Positions 1-9,337 of a DNA stretch of 28,635 bases are shown piece after piece. Source of the DNA: a virus. Lineage: Duplodnaviria > Caudoviricetes. The stretch covers positions 1-28,635 of IMG/VR virus record IMGVR_UViG_3300033067_000584; one strand, written 5' to 3'. The translations under genes and the position numbers were made by a program. A model generated the notes under the pieces. The model saw only the letters and a program-made list of their open reading frames with translations. It was not told the origin of the DNA and ran no database searches. Each line of letters begins with the position of its first letter. The first letter of the stretch is position 1.

Positions 1-1314
1 CGCGCGGCGCTGTTCGAGCAGGTTCTTTTGCTGCGCGCCCATGACCATGCGGAAGTGCTGGATCAGTTCCTTCAACTGCGCCGGGCTGTTGGCTCGCGAA
101 AAGGCCTTTGCCGCCTCGTCGCGCTCGGCAAGCGACCCACCCGCTGGGACGATCGCCTTCACCACTTCCTGGCCGACGATGTTGCGCACGCCGTCGAAGT
201 TGGTAGGAGCCGCCTCGCCGGTCTGCTGCTTGTACCAGTTGCTGACCCGGTTGACGACCTGCATGTTCCCGTTCTGCAGTGCGTCGGCCAGCTCGCCCAG
301 TTGGTCGAGGTGCGCGTTCGCTGTGGCGACGGAGCGCAGCGCGTTCCCCAGCGGACCCGAGGTGAAGTCTCGCGCCGCCTTCCTCTTCGCGTCCACCGTC
401 GTCGAGTCGTAGTCCGGGTTGATCTCCATGACCCGCCCGAGGATGCGCTGATTTTTGGGGTTCAGCAGCGCCATGCCCGTGGGGGCCGGCAACTGCCCGC
501 TGGCGATCGCCTGCGCCGTGCGCTCGGCGTTGTCGTCCAACCCGCCGCCCGGCGCAATGCCTGCGACCTGCAAATCCTTTGCGATGGTGTCGCGGTTGTT
601 CTCGCGGCTTGTGGCGTTGGTCGCCGCGTTGTTTGCGCTTTGCGTGATCGGAATCGATGCGTTGGTCGTCACCGCGCCGGTCAACTTGTCCCGAGAGGTG
701 AACACGCGAGTGCCGCCCTGATCCTCGTTGCCAAGTTGCGGCATCAGCAGTTCCGCGGCCTTTGCCGGGTCGGCCGCGGCGAGTAGCAACTTGACCTGCC
801 ACTTCGGGTCGCTCTTGATCATGTTCGTCAGAGCGGTCGCGTATTGCATCGGGAACGCGCCGGCAGTGACCTGCTGGCTGATGTGCTGGATCGCGTCATC
901 CGGGCCGTTCAGGCTTGCAATCTCGGCCATTGCCGCCTTGCGCTTCGCCTCGGTCGTGGCCTGCGTGTCCTTGCCGGCTGCCGCATTTGCCCTGGCGGTT
1001 TCCGCGGCCTTGAACTGCCGTTCCACTTCCGCCGCCTGCAACGCCTGCGCCTGCTTCAGCGCCGCCGGATTCCCGACCGTTTGCAACTTGTTGACCACGC
1101 TCGGCAGGTAGCCCTCGCCGGGTTGTACGCCTTGAAGCGCCTGCCGGATCGCGCGGTCATCCTCCAGCGCTTGTCGTTGCTGCTGCACCTGCACATCAGC
1201 CAGGTCGCCCTGCTGCTGCATGTGCTGCATCTGCATCAGGCGCATCAACTGGTTGGCCGGCGCCTCCATCTGGAAAGGCCGAACCTGAAGGGCAATGCTC
1301 GAATCGATGGGCAT
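1..1314 (-). CDS. DNA ejection/injection protein, runs off the left edge (partial)
   Basis: Not in the ORF track. Translated by hand at both ends: ATG at 1314 gives MPIDSSIALQVRPFQMEAPANQLMRLMQMQ..., and the same frame is open at position 1 (...QHFRMVMGAQQKNLLEQRRA). Q/A-rich, starts immediately after the stop of 1316..2617, position of P22-like ejection genes. Confidence 0.65.
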   Translation of the reverse strand, partial: MPIDSSIALQVRPFQMEAPANQLMRLMQMQHMQQQGDLADVQVQQQRQALEDDRAIRQALQGVQPGEGYLPSVVNKLQTVGNPAALKQAQALQAAEVERQFKAAETARANAAAGKDTQATTEAKRKAAMAEIASLNGPDDAIQHISQQVTAGAFPMQYATALTNMIKSDPKWQVKLLLAAADPAKAAELLMPQLGNEDQGGTRVFTSRDKLTGAVTTNASIPITQSANNAATNATSRENNRDTIAKDLQVAGIAPGGGLDDNAERTAQAIASGQLPAPTGMALLNPKNQRILGRVMEINPDYDSTTVDAKRKAARDFTSGPLGNALRSVATANAHLDQLGELADALQNGNMQVVNRVSNWYKQQTGEAAPTNFDGVRNIVGQEVVKAIVPAGGSLAERDEAAKAFSRANSPAQLKELIQHFRMVMGAQQKNLLEQRRA

Positions 1315-1315
1315 G

Positions 1316-2617
1316 TCAGTTCCCCCCGCCGTAGCGCCTCATCCACGCATCCAGCATCGGCTGCTGCTGGTAGTTCTGCAGCGCATTACCGATGGCGCCG
1401 CCCCAGGCATTTGCGCCGCCGACGTAGGACGACCCCTGAGCGTTGCCCATGCCGATGATGTTGTTGCCGACCTGCGCTCCGTAGTTGCCGCCCGCGTTCG
1501 ACGTGGCGTTCGTGGCCTGTTGACCAATGCCCGCGATGCTCGCGAGCCGGTTGTACGAGTCGTTCAGCTTGGTGCCGGCGTAGTCCTGCCCGTAGCGGGT
1601 CAGCGCCTTGCCCTGCGCCCCGCTGTAAGTCATCCCTCGGGCAGCGCCCCCCGCGTTCAGCGCCCGCGTGCCTTGGTCAAGGCCGAACTTGTAGTCGGGC
1701 TGCTCGGTGATCGCGTTGGGGTTGCGCAACAGGTTCTGGATCTGCGCCAGCGCACCGACACCCGCCTCGCGGTACGGTGCGAAGTCGGCCCTCTGCTGGT
1801 CATAGATCGACTTGGTCAGCCCGTTGGCCTCCCGCGAGGCGTCGAGTTGCGCATTGGCCGCGCGCCGCGAGGCATCGGCGCCGAGGAACCCCGACACCAG
1901 ATTGCCGCCGACGTTCAGCAGTTGCCCGTTGGAGATTTTGCCCAGCGGCGATCCGCTCAACGACGGGAACAGGCTCGACAGCCACGATCCGCCGCCCGAA
2001 CTCAGCGCCGTGCCGGCACCTCCAGCAGGCGCACCGACGGCCCCCACTTGGCCCAAGTTGTCGCCGAGCGTTTCCAGTACGCCAGCGCCCGCGTTCTCAC
2101 CGACAGGTCCGACAGCCATATTCGGGAACATCCCTTCTGCGACGCCGCCCGTCGCTGACAATTCGCCGGGGACGATCTGCGACATCAACGCATCGACGGA
2201 ACCGCCTTGCGCCACAGGTGCCGCCCCAAATCCACCCATCGCCCCGTAGCCGCCCATCGCGGCCAGGGCCACCGGCAGATACCTGTCCACGGCCCGGTTG
2301 AACCCGGAGTCGCGTAGCGTGTTGCGATACACCTTCGAGCCGACCAGTTGCCCGTTCTGAAAAAGCCCGGTCTCCGAGTCGTTGCGGTTCAGGCCGCGAG
2401 TCCCGAACTGGTAGCCGTGCTGGTTGGCGTAGTCGATGAACGCCGGATCCAGCGTCGCCGGGGCCTGGTAGTGCTCGTCAGCCGTGGGAGTGACCAGCGG
2501 GTTTCCGCTGTAGCCCATCATCCGCGCCCAGTCGTCGGCCCAGGAACCGGCGGGAGCACCAGCCACATACGGCGACCCTGCGGACAGCCCGTTCAGCGAC
2601 CAAGGAATCGTTGCCAT
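1316..2617 (-). CDS. DNA transfer/ejection (pilot) protein
   Basis: 433 aa, G/A/N/Q-rich; the C-terminal half (ADFAPYREAG...PDYKFGLDQG...YGQDYA...YNRLASIAGIG) resembles podophage DNA-transfer proteins; lies downstream of the gp10-like gene. Confidence 0.7.
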   Translation of the reverse strand: MATIPWSLNGLSAGSPYVAGAPAGSWADDWARMMGYSGNPLVTPTADEHYQAPATLDPAFIDYANQHGYQFGTRGLNRNDSETGLFQNGQLVGSKVYRNTLRDSGFNRAVDRYLPVALAAMGGYGAMGGFGAAPVAQGGSVDALMSQIVPGELSATGGVAEGMFPNMAVGPVGENAGAGVLETLGDNLGQVGAVGAPAGGAGTALSSGGGSWLSSLFPSLSGSPLGKISNGQLLNVGGNLVSGFLGADASRRAANAQLDASREANGLTKSIYDQQRADFAPYREAGVGALAQIQNLLRNPNAITEQPDYKFGLDQGTRALNAGGAARGMTYSGAQGKALTRYGQDYAGTKLNDSYNRLASIAGIGQQATNATSNAGGNYGAQVGNNIIGMGNAQGSSYVGGANAWGGAIGNALQNYQQQPMLDAWMRRYGGGN

Positions 2618-2626
2618 GTTCAGTCC

Positions 2627-2887
2627 TCAATCCGGCACGAAGACTGCCGTCGTCGGAATCACCGTGTAGGTCACGGTCACCGCATCGGACGCGCGAAGCC
2701 TCACAGTGCCTGATGTGATGCCCAGCGTCGTGGTCACGCCGCCGCGGCTGTGCTCGATCTTGGACACCGTCCCGCCGGCAACGTAGGCGCAACCCGAGGA
2801 AGCCGCGGTGAACGTCGCCGGGCTGGCCCCAAGGCTCATTGCGCCCGTCGCCGCGGTCTGCGACATCAGCAAAGCCCCGGGGTGCAT
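2627..2887 (-). CDS. small virion-module protein, predicted beta-rich (86 aa)
   Basis: Start reassigned to ATG 2887, which overlaps the upstream stop (TGATG); T/V/G-rich sequence. Confidence 0.55.
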   Translation of the reverse strand: MHPGALLMSQTAATGAMSLGASPATFTAASSGCAYVAGGTVSKIEHSRGGVTTTLGITSGTVRLRASDAVTVTYTVIPTTAVFVPD

Positions 2888-3222
2888 CAGGTCACCTCGC
2901 GACCGCTGGCGCGGATCACGATCTTGCTCGCAGCCGACGCCTTGATCGAGATGATCCCGCCCGCCTCCAGCACATGCCCGACGATCTCGGGGAAGGTGTA
3001 GGTCTCGCCCGCGCTGATTGCTTTGACGACGATGATGTTCGACGCACCGGCCGCCCCCGCAGAGGCCACGAGATTGACCGTCAGCGTCTGGGTGACGGTG
3101 TCCGAGTTGTATCCGGTCAGCTTGTCGATGATGGTCCGCGTCGCGGTCCCCGCGGTGTACTCCGTCGTGTCCGCATTGGCTGCGTACTTTGCCGAAATCA
3201 GCGGCTTTGATGTCGTGGTCAC
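2887..3222 (-). CDS. small structural (tail-associated) protein
   Basis: 111 aa with start and stop overlaps on both sides; motif GETYTFPEIVGHVLEAGG...ASGREVT typical of small podophage tail-module proteins. Confidence 0.6.
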   Translation of the reverse strand: MTTTSKPLISAKYAANADTTEYTAGTATRTIIDKLTGYNSDTVTQTLTVNLVASAGAAGASNIIVVKAISAGETYTFPEIVGHVLEAGGIISIKASAASKIVIRASGREVT

Positions 3223-3560
3223 AGTGATGTCCCTTGTTCCAGCGCTTCGATTCGGGCGATCGCCGCGGCAAGCTCGGCGCGCAAGGCGCCCACTTCATCC
3301 GGCACGAAGTCCTGTGCCTGCGGAATGGCAGCGGGCTGTTGCATCGCAGTGTTGGCCAGAGCAGCGAGTTCGGCCTTGGTTTCTTCGATGCCGGCGTCGG
3401 CGTACTCGGTGACAGCCAGGTCGTTGTTCGACGGCGCGACAGACCCGCCGACGCGCAGGTACAGGTCTCTCAGCCACACACTCGCCGACATCGTCAGCAT
3501 GCCGGTCTGAGGGTCCACCCACGGAGCGCCCGGAGGGGAAAACTGCTGCAGGACGGTCAT
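3219..3560 (-). CDS. tail-module protein with C-terminal coiled coil (tail needle position)
   Basis: Start reassigned to ATG 3560, overlapping the gp10-like stop (ATGA); 113 aa; heptad-like LRAELAAAIARIEALE. Confidence 0.55.
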   Translation of the reverse strand: MTVLQQFSPPGAPWVDPQTGMLTMSASVWLRDLYLRVGGSVAPSNNDLAVTEYADAGIEETKAELAALANTAMQQPAAIPQAQDFVPDEVGALRAELAAAIARIEALEQGTSL

Positions 3561-4948
3561 TCCGCCATCCCCTCGATGATCGAGAACGGCGCGTTTGCGG
3601 AACAGTCCACGCGCCACACTCGGTCGCGGCCGCACCCGAGCTGCGTCCACTCCACGCGCGGCAGGTACTCTCCCGTCAAGCCGATCGAGCGGGACACAGG
3701 ATTGCCCCACGTCATGCCGCCATTGTCGCTCCAGCTCAATTCGGCAGGGACCGATGTGATGGAAGACCCGGCGCCGCCGGTCACACAGTCAAGCGTGAAC
3801 CGTCGAAAGTAGATCCGGTCCCGGCTGGGCGACACATCGTTCGGAGAGATGCGCGAACGCTTGATCGGGTCTTCCCCGAACAGGTTGAACGTCGGATCCA
3901 TGCGGTACACCACCCCGGAGTCACAGCCGACGAGGTGATACCCAAACGCAAAGGCGTGATAGTTCGCCCGGTGCACAGCAAATTGCCCCAAAGCGTCCAG
4001 ATCGCAGCGCTCGTGCCACGCTTGGCTGGCGATCTCATAGCACCACGTCGAAGTAATGCCGGGCGCGTTGACGCACCAAAATGTCTGCCCATTGGACTGG
4101 TACACATAGGCCACCGCCGACGACAGGTCGGTGCTGGCCTGGAGGGCCTGCTCCACTGCGAGCGTGCTGATCCGCGCGGCCTGGTAGCCCATCGACCTGT
4201 ACACAAGGCCCGACCCGTTCGCGTCGCGGCCAATCCAGATCAATGCGTTGTCCACCTGACGCAACGAATGCGTCGCGACGCACCCTACATCAAGCATTGC
4301 GGCCGAGTTGCGAGACAGCGGGAAGTCCGCGGCCCCGGAGTCAAACCACACCTCGGTCGTCTTCTCTCCGACAAACCACACTTCGCGGTGATTGACCGCA
4401 TGCGACACGATGGTGTCCGGGGACGCTTCCGCTCGGGCAAAGTCCAGCGAATCGAGGTTTGTCGCGTCGTCGATCGCCGAGATGTAGAACACATCCGACC
4501 CCGGCTGCGCGAAGATGAAATATCCGTCCAGATACGCGACCCGATCAGACCCAAGCCAGTCGGCGTCCGTGATGGCTCCGAAAGCGTTGGTAGCCAGGGT
4601 CAGGACGTAGCCGTTGGCACCATCCACCACCACCAGCTGCGTGCGCCCCCAAGCAAAATCCACCGGGCCGCTGCTGGACGACAGCACGCCGCGCGCCGTT
4701 TTAACGCCGGCCGAGTTCAACTCGTACAGGGTGTTTCCAGCGACCACGAAGCAACGCCCGGCAGCCTCGAACATGCCCCGCACCGCGGCCCCCATCGCAG
4801 CGAACTGCACGAGTCCTGGGACACTCTGCAAGATGAACGGCGCCTTTGACGGCGTCTCCATCCCGACCAAGAACAGGTTGACCGATCTCTGCACGCTCGC
4901 CTTGCGGGTGGCGAGTTGGTAGCTGGGACCGACGAAGGGAAGCATCAC
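3557..4948 (-). CDS. P22 gp10-like packaged-DNA stabilisation protein (tail hub)
   Basis: 463 aa; motifs PFVGPSY, V.YLDGYFIF, AEASPD, TTEVW, WSDNGGMTW; synteny after the gp4-like gene. Confidence 0.85.
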   Translation of the reverse strand: MMLPFVGPSYQLATRKASVQRSVNLFLVGMETPSKAPFILQSVPGLVQFAAMGAAVRGMFEAAGRCFVVAGNTLYELNSAGVKTARGVLSSSSGPVDFAWGRTQLVVVDGANGYVLTLATNAFGAITDADWLGSDRVAYLDGYFIFAQPGSDVFYISAIDDATNLDSLDFARAEASPDTIVSHAVNHREVWFVGEKTTEVWFDSGAADFPLSRNSAAMLDVGCVATHSLRQVDNALIWIGRDANGSGLVYRSMGYQAARISTLAVEQALQASTDLSSAVAYVYQSNGQTFWCVNAPGITSTWCYEIASQAWHERCDLDALGQFAVHRANYHAFAFGYHLVGCDSGVVYRMDPTFNLFGEDPIKRSRISPNDVSPSRDRIYFRRFTLDCVTGGAGSSITSVPAELSWSDNGGMTWGNPVSRSIGLTGEYLPRVEWTQLGCGRDRVWRVDCSANAPFSIIEGMAE

Positions 4949-6579
4949 ACCACCTGGATGACCTTCAGCACGCCGGCCGAGTTGCGGTACTTGAACGCTC
5001 CGTCACCGGAGTCAAGGAACAGGTTGATCGAACCGGCCGCAGGTGTCGGGACGTTGGCCGCGGCCACCTGCTTGATGGTGATGAACCCTTCGGCGTTGAA
5101 GGTCCACCAGTCGGTCTGCGTGTTCTTCGTCGAACTCGAAGCGCCCTTGGGGGCGCCGCTGATGATGACGTTTCCGGCCGTCCCTGCCCCGGTGCTTTCG
5201 CCGCCGGCAATTCGGATGTCGGATCCAGCGATGTCGGTGCCCACGCCGGTCGTCGCGCTGACCGTGACGGCCCGAGGCGTGCCCACTTCGTACCCGGACC
5301 CCAGGTAGAAGCGGGCGATGTAGCCGTTCGTGTCCTGGCTGCCGATGACGCCGATGTGATCGACGCTGGGCATGTAGGTGCCGAAGCCGATGGCCAGTTG
5401 GCTGACCGCCGTCGCCGTGCTCAGGATGGTGCCGGTGCCGCCGACGCGCTCGTCGCCGCAGTAATTCCCCAGGTAGATCGAATACGAACCGCCGGTCGTC
5501 CACGCGATGCCGGCGTGCGTCCCGATTGCCGCAAACCGCGGAGCGCTGGTGGAGTTGCTGGCCGAAGATGTGCCAATCGAAATGCACTGGCTGCCGCTGG
5601 TCTTCAAGCCGCAGGCATTTGTCCCAATCACGACCGACGTTTGAATGTCCGAATTTGACGCGCCAGCCCCAATGGCGCCCGACCCGATTGCGATAGTCCC
5701 GCTGTAGTTGCCTCCGCTCAGGTCGGTGCCGATCAACCCGTTTCCGGCTTTCGCTCCAATAAAGGTCGAGTCTTTCAGGTTCGCGCCGCCGTTGACGTTC
5801 GTCTGAACGGGGCCGGCCAGATAGCCGATGATGGTGCAGGTCTCACCGATCCACCCCATGCGGACGTTGGACCCACTCGCACCGTCGCGGCGCCACATCC
5901 GGCCCGTGGTGTTGTCGTAGGGCCTGCGGTTCCCGACGAACGTGTCGGCCGTGCCATCGGTGAAGGACGTCGTCGTGTTGTCGAGGATGTCCATGCTTCC
6001 GCTGCTCGCGCGGAAATACTCGCCCGTAATGTTGGCCGCCGTGTGCCCCGCAGGCGTTGGATTGCTTGGAGTCGTCCGGTACACGCGCCGCGACACCACG
6101 CGAGGATCGCTGCTGATGGGAATCGTGAGGAACACCTGCCGCGCGCCGCCCGACACCACGACGTTCGACGAGACCGGACTGGGCGCGGTCTCGCCTCCAT
6201 CGGCAGTCAGGAAGGTATAGCAGTAGTTGTAGGTGCCAACGGCCAACTTGCCCGCGACGATGTTGGCGTCAACGGTTGCCGTCGGCGCAACGGTCGGATT
6301 GGCGACCACCAGGAAGTCGGGAATGGCGTTGAGCAGGTACGACGCCCGCACGCTGCGCGCCAGGGCCGACACCATCGTTGAGGTCAGCGTTCCATCACCC
6401 GCCCCGCAGTCCCGCAGGTTCTGCTGTTCCGCAGCCGTCAGCGGCCCGAAGTACGTCCCCGGGTTGGTTGTGTACGCGGCCCGCCCTTGAGCGACCAGCG
6501 CCGCTTCCGTCGCGTTGTCCAGATCAACGGTCGCGCCTGCCGCATAGGTTGCGTAGGCGAAGTTCAGCGTGATGGTCAT
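4945..6579 (-). CDS. fiber/adhesin-like virion protein with IGxxAG beta-roll repeats
   Basis: Start reassigned to ATG 6579 (544 aa). G/T/S-rich; Ig/FN3-like segment YNYCYTF...GET.PSP.S...RRVYRT; repeats FIGAKAG, AIGSGA, VIGTNA, SIGTSS, AIGTHAG. Confidence 0.65.
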   Translation of the reverse strand: MTITLNFAYATYAAGATVDLDNATEAALVAQGRAAYTTNPGTYFGPLTAAEQQNLRDCGAGDGTLTSTMVSALARSVRASYLLNAIPDFLVVANPTVAPTATVDANIVAGKLAVGTYNYCYTFLTADGGETAPSPVSSNVVVSGGARQVFLTIPISSDPRVVSRRVYRTTPSNPTPAGHTAANITGEYFRASSGSMDILDNTTTSFTDGTADTFVGNRRPYDNTTGRMWRRDGASGSNVRMGWIGETCTIIGYLAGPVQTNVNGGANLKDSTFIGAKAGNGLIGTDLSGGNYSGTIAIGSGAIGAGASNSDIQTSVVIGTNACGLKTSGSQCISIGTSSASNSTSAPRFAAIGTHAGIAWTTGGSYSIYLGNYCGDERVGGTGTILSTATAVSQLAIGFGTYMPSVDHIGVIGSQDTNGYIARFYLGSGYEVGTPRAVTVSATTGVGTDIAGSDIRIAGGESTGAGTAGNVIISGAPKGASSSTKNTQTDWWTFNAEGFITIKQVAAANVPTPAAGSINLFLDSGDGAFKYRNSAGVLKVIQVV

Positions 6580-6581
6580 TG

Positions 6582-7283
6582 TCAGTACCCTTGCAGGAAG
6601 CCGGCAAGGCCGGTGGGTGCGCCGATCAGCGCAGGGTCGAACTCGCTCACGGTCGGCTGCCAGTTGCCACGCTTGATGTCGGCGAACGAATCCCGCGCTG
6701 CTTGAAGCAATGCAGGGGACGGCTCGCGCCCGTACTCCGGGCAGAGTTCGACGGCGAGGTTTGCGCGGAAGGCGCGCATGTAGCCGGGAGGTGCGGTGAT
6801 GGTCGTCGCGACCGACGGCACCGTGGCGATGAGACGGTCGACGCTCAGGGTGAGCGTGTTCGCCACCGAGGGCACCGGCCACAACGTCATCTTCCCCAGC
6901 GGGTAGTCGTTGACGTACAGGCAGTACCGAACGATCGGCTGCGAAAGCGTCTTCAGCGTGATCAGGTTGTACTCGTCCTGATTGATCAGGTCGATCCTGA
7001 ACGTCACGCCTTGGTAGGTCTGGTACAGGCTGTTGATCTGCACCGGGCGATCAACGGCGAAATCGCCGCCGGAGCCGATGGTGTAGACAGACTGCCCGGG
7101 GATCAGCGTCACGTCCTCGTTGGACGTGGCCCACAGCGCGAGGCTGTCGAGGTTCCACCCCTGCAGCATCTCGTTGAACGTGTCCAGCGCGCCAGTCGCC
7201 TGCTCGGACGACGGCGTCTGCCCCTCGCCCAGGATGTTGGCGAGCTTGAGCGACCTTGTGATGAGGTCGAGTGCTGTGGTCAT
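6582..7283 (-). CDS. P22 gp4-like head-tail adaptor
   Basis: 233 aa; MTTALDLITRSLK...GEGQTP...ALD.FNEML..W, LWPVP, PPGY.RAFR.NLAVELCPEYG motifs. Confidence 0.8.
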   Translation of the reverse strand: MTTALDLITRSLKLANILGEGQTPSSEQATGALDTFNEMLQGWNLDSLALWATSNEDVTLIPGQSVYTIGSGGDFAVDRPVQINSLYQTYQGVTFRIDLINQDEYNLITLKTLSQPIVRYCLYVNDYPLGKMTLWPVPSVANTLTLSVDRLIATVPSVATTITAPPGYMRAFRANLAVELCPEYGREPSPALLQAARDSFADIKRGNWQPTVSEFDPALIGAPTGLAGFLQGY

Positions 7284-7294
7284 GCGGCCCCCAG

Positions 7295-7324
7295 AAAAGA
7301 GGGCGAGCCCCGAAAGGCCCGCCC
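7295..7324 (-). terminator. intrinsic terminator
   Basis: Minus strand GGGCGGGCCT-TTCG-GGGCTCGCCC followed by TCTTTT, just after the stop of 7332..8057. Confidence 0.7.
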
Positions 7325-7331
7325 GTGCCGC

Positions 7332-8057
7332 TTACTGGTACAGCCAGCCGATCGGGCCGACGTCCGCGGTGAACGTCGTCGGCGCGGTGATCGACGCCGG
7401 CAGCGTGCCGAACGTGCCGGCGGTGCTGTCGGTCATCCAGTTGCCTCCGTCCACCGCCTTGATGGTGCGCAGCGTCGCGGTCGTGCCGTTCTGCTGGTAG
7501 GCGATGAAGTACCGGCCCGGCAGCAGGGTGACGGGAGTCGCCGTGCCGGCCGGGTTGACGAACGCGCGGTTCTGCATCGTGTTGCCCGAACCGACCACGA
7601 CGCCGGCCAGCGCCGAGTACGTCACCAGCGCGCCAGCCGAGTCGTACAGGGCGATCAGCCCGTTGTCGGTGCCGCCCGTCGTGCCGGTCAGCACGCCGAT
7701 GCCGGTCCACGTCGCCAGGTGCGGAACGAAGATCTCGCTGCGGTAGATCGTACCGGCGACGAGGGTCTTGTTCGTGCCGGCCGACGCGAACGCCGTCAGT
7801 ACGAAGTTCGGCAGGATGCGCGGTCCCTGCGGGGTCGTCGGCACCGTGATGCCGCCAGACACCTGGAACGACACGTTGCCGCCTTGCGTCACCTGCCCCA
7901 GCGGGGTGTCCGTCAGGTAGGTGTTGGACTGCGACGGGAAGCCCGTTGCGGCGGTGCCGTAGCCCTGGGCGATCAGCGCGGCCTCGGTGGACGAGTCGGC
8001 GATCAGGATTGCGCCGACGGCGTTGGAGCCGTAGGCACGAGTCAGAAGGACAGCCAT
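7332..8057 (-). CDS. putative capsid decoration protein
   Basis: 241 aa directly after the coat gene and before a terminator; T/G/A-rich, predicted beta structure. Confidence 0.55.
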   Translation of the reverse strand: MAVLLTRAYGSNAVGAILIADSSTEAALIAQGYGTAATGFPSQSNTYLTDTPLGQVTQGGNVSFQVSGGITVPTTPQGPRILPNFVLTAFASAGTNKTLVAGTIYRSEIFVPHLATWTGIGVLTGTTGGTDNGLIALYDSAGALVTYSALAGVVVGSGNTMQNRAFVNPAGTATPVTLLPGRYFIAYQQNGTTATLRTIKAVDGGNWMTDSTAGTFGTLPASITAPTTFTADVGPIGWLYQ

Positions 8058-8069
8058 GATGTTCTCCGA

Positions 8070-9275
8070 TCAGACGTTGTAGATCTTGACCGCCAGTTCC
8101 GGGTAGGTCGCAGCCCAGCCGAACACCACGTCGAAGCGGAAGATCGAGTTGTCGTTCACGCCGTCGTAGAACTGCACGACGCGCATGTTCAGGCCCTTGT
8201 AGGAAGCCATCGACGAGTCGATGACGCCCTTCGCCGGGGTCCAGATCGGCACGCAGGCCAGCGTGAAGGCGTCCTTGTGGTACGCCACGTTCACGCCGTA
8301 GGACGTGCTGGCCGCGCCGCGGATCGTGAAGGCCGAGCCCGACGTGGGCGAAGCCGACACGTTCTGGAACGCGCCCGAGGTCACGATGGCCGGGCTGATC
8401 GGGATGGAAGTCCCGTTCTGCGCCACGTCAGCCGTGACCACGAAGTCCATCAGCACGCCGGTCGATTGCCGCGACTGCGGGTTCACCGCAAAGCAGCCCG
8501 GCAGGTTGATCACCGTGCCCTTGGTCAGCGTGCCGCCGCCGATGGCGTTGACCGTCACCGTGGAACCGGTCTGGTTCGCACCGTTGACGTTCGACGCCGT
8601 CGCCGCGCCGTTGGCGTGGGTGTAGATGTTCTGGTCCAGCGCGAAGTTCAGGCCCAGAGAGTCCACCACCAGACCCGACCCGTACTGGCGGTTCAACTGC
8701 GGCTGCGCGTTGAACAGACCCGACAGACCGGACACCAGGCCACCGTTCAAGGCGGGACCGGCGACCAGTTGCCGCATCTTGTCGCGCGGCGCGGCCATCT
8801 CGTCCAGGCGCCTGTTGGCGTTGGTCATGATCTGCACCGCGCTGATGGTCGACGTCGGCAGGGCTCCGGTGTCGTTCACCAGGTTGAAGGTGTTCTGCCA
8901 CGCCGTATGCAGGCCCTGACGGTCGATTTCGTTCGCGATCGTCGCCATCGCGGCCTGGAGCTTCTGCTCCATGCTTTGCAGGCTCAGGGTGCGCTCGATC
9001 GACAGGAACGACATGTCCGTACCGCCCTGCGACAGGGTCAGCGCAACCGTCGATTCCGTGGTGCTCTGCGGCACCGACACGCGGCCCGCGCGGTAGGTGT
9101 AGCGCGGCGGCTTCTTGATGTTGATGGTGGTGCCGGGGCTGTAGCCGCGGGCCTGGTTGCCCGTGAACTCTTCCTCCCAGTCACGATTCACGCCGGACGC
9201 GAAGCCCAGCATGTTCTCCAGAACGGCGAGACCTTCCTTCGCCAGGATCGAACAGGTAGCCAGTGAGTTGGCCAT
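8070..9275 (-). CDS. major capsid protein, P22 gp5 coat family
   Basis: 401 aa; MANSL...LEN.L, G.TINIKKPPRY, AYHKDAFTLA, RFDVVFGW motifs; follows the scaffold gene. Confidence 0.92.
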   Translation of the reverse strand: MANSLATCSILAKEGLAVLENMLGFASGVNRDWEEEFTGNQARGYSPGTTINIKKPPRYTYRAGRVSVPQSTTESTVALTLSQGGTDMSFLSIERTLSLQSMEQKLQAAMATIANEIDRQGLHTAWQNTFNLVNDTGALPTSTISAVQIMTNANRRLDEMAAPRDKMRQLVAGPALNGGLVSGLSGLFNAQPQLNRQYGSGLVVDSLGLNFALDQNIYTHANGAATASNVNGANQTGSTVTVNAIGGGTLTKGTVINLPGCFAVNPQSRQSTGVLMDFVVTADVAQNGTSIPISPAIVTSGAFQNVSASPTSGSAFTIRGAASTSYGVNVAYHKDAFTLACVPIWTPAKGVIDSSMASYKGLNMRVVQFYDGVNDNSIFRFDVVFGWAATYPELAVKIYNV

Positions 9276-9292
9276 GATTTGCCTCTGAAACG

Positions 9293-9313
9293 AAAAAGCC
9301 GCCCGAAGGCGGC
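9293..9313 (-). terminator. intrinsic terminator-like hairpin between scaffold and coat genes
   Basis: Minus strand GCCGCC-TTCG-GGCGGC-TTTTT. Confidence 0.7.
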
Positions 9314-9337
9314 CCGTTTGACGATGAGGTCAGCGAA

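Noticed and set aside
6579-9266. 895-aa plus-strand ORF, and similar long antisense ORFs (10464..12383, 26863..28044)
   Set aside because: Antisense shadows of real high-GC genes; Arg-rich with no recognisable motifs.
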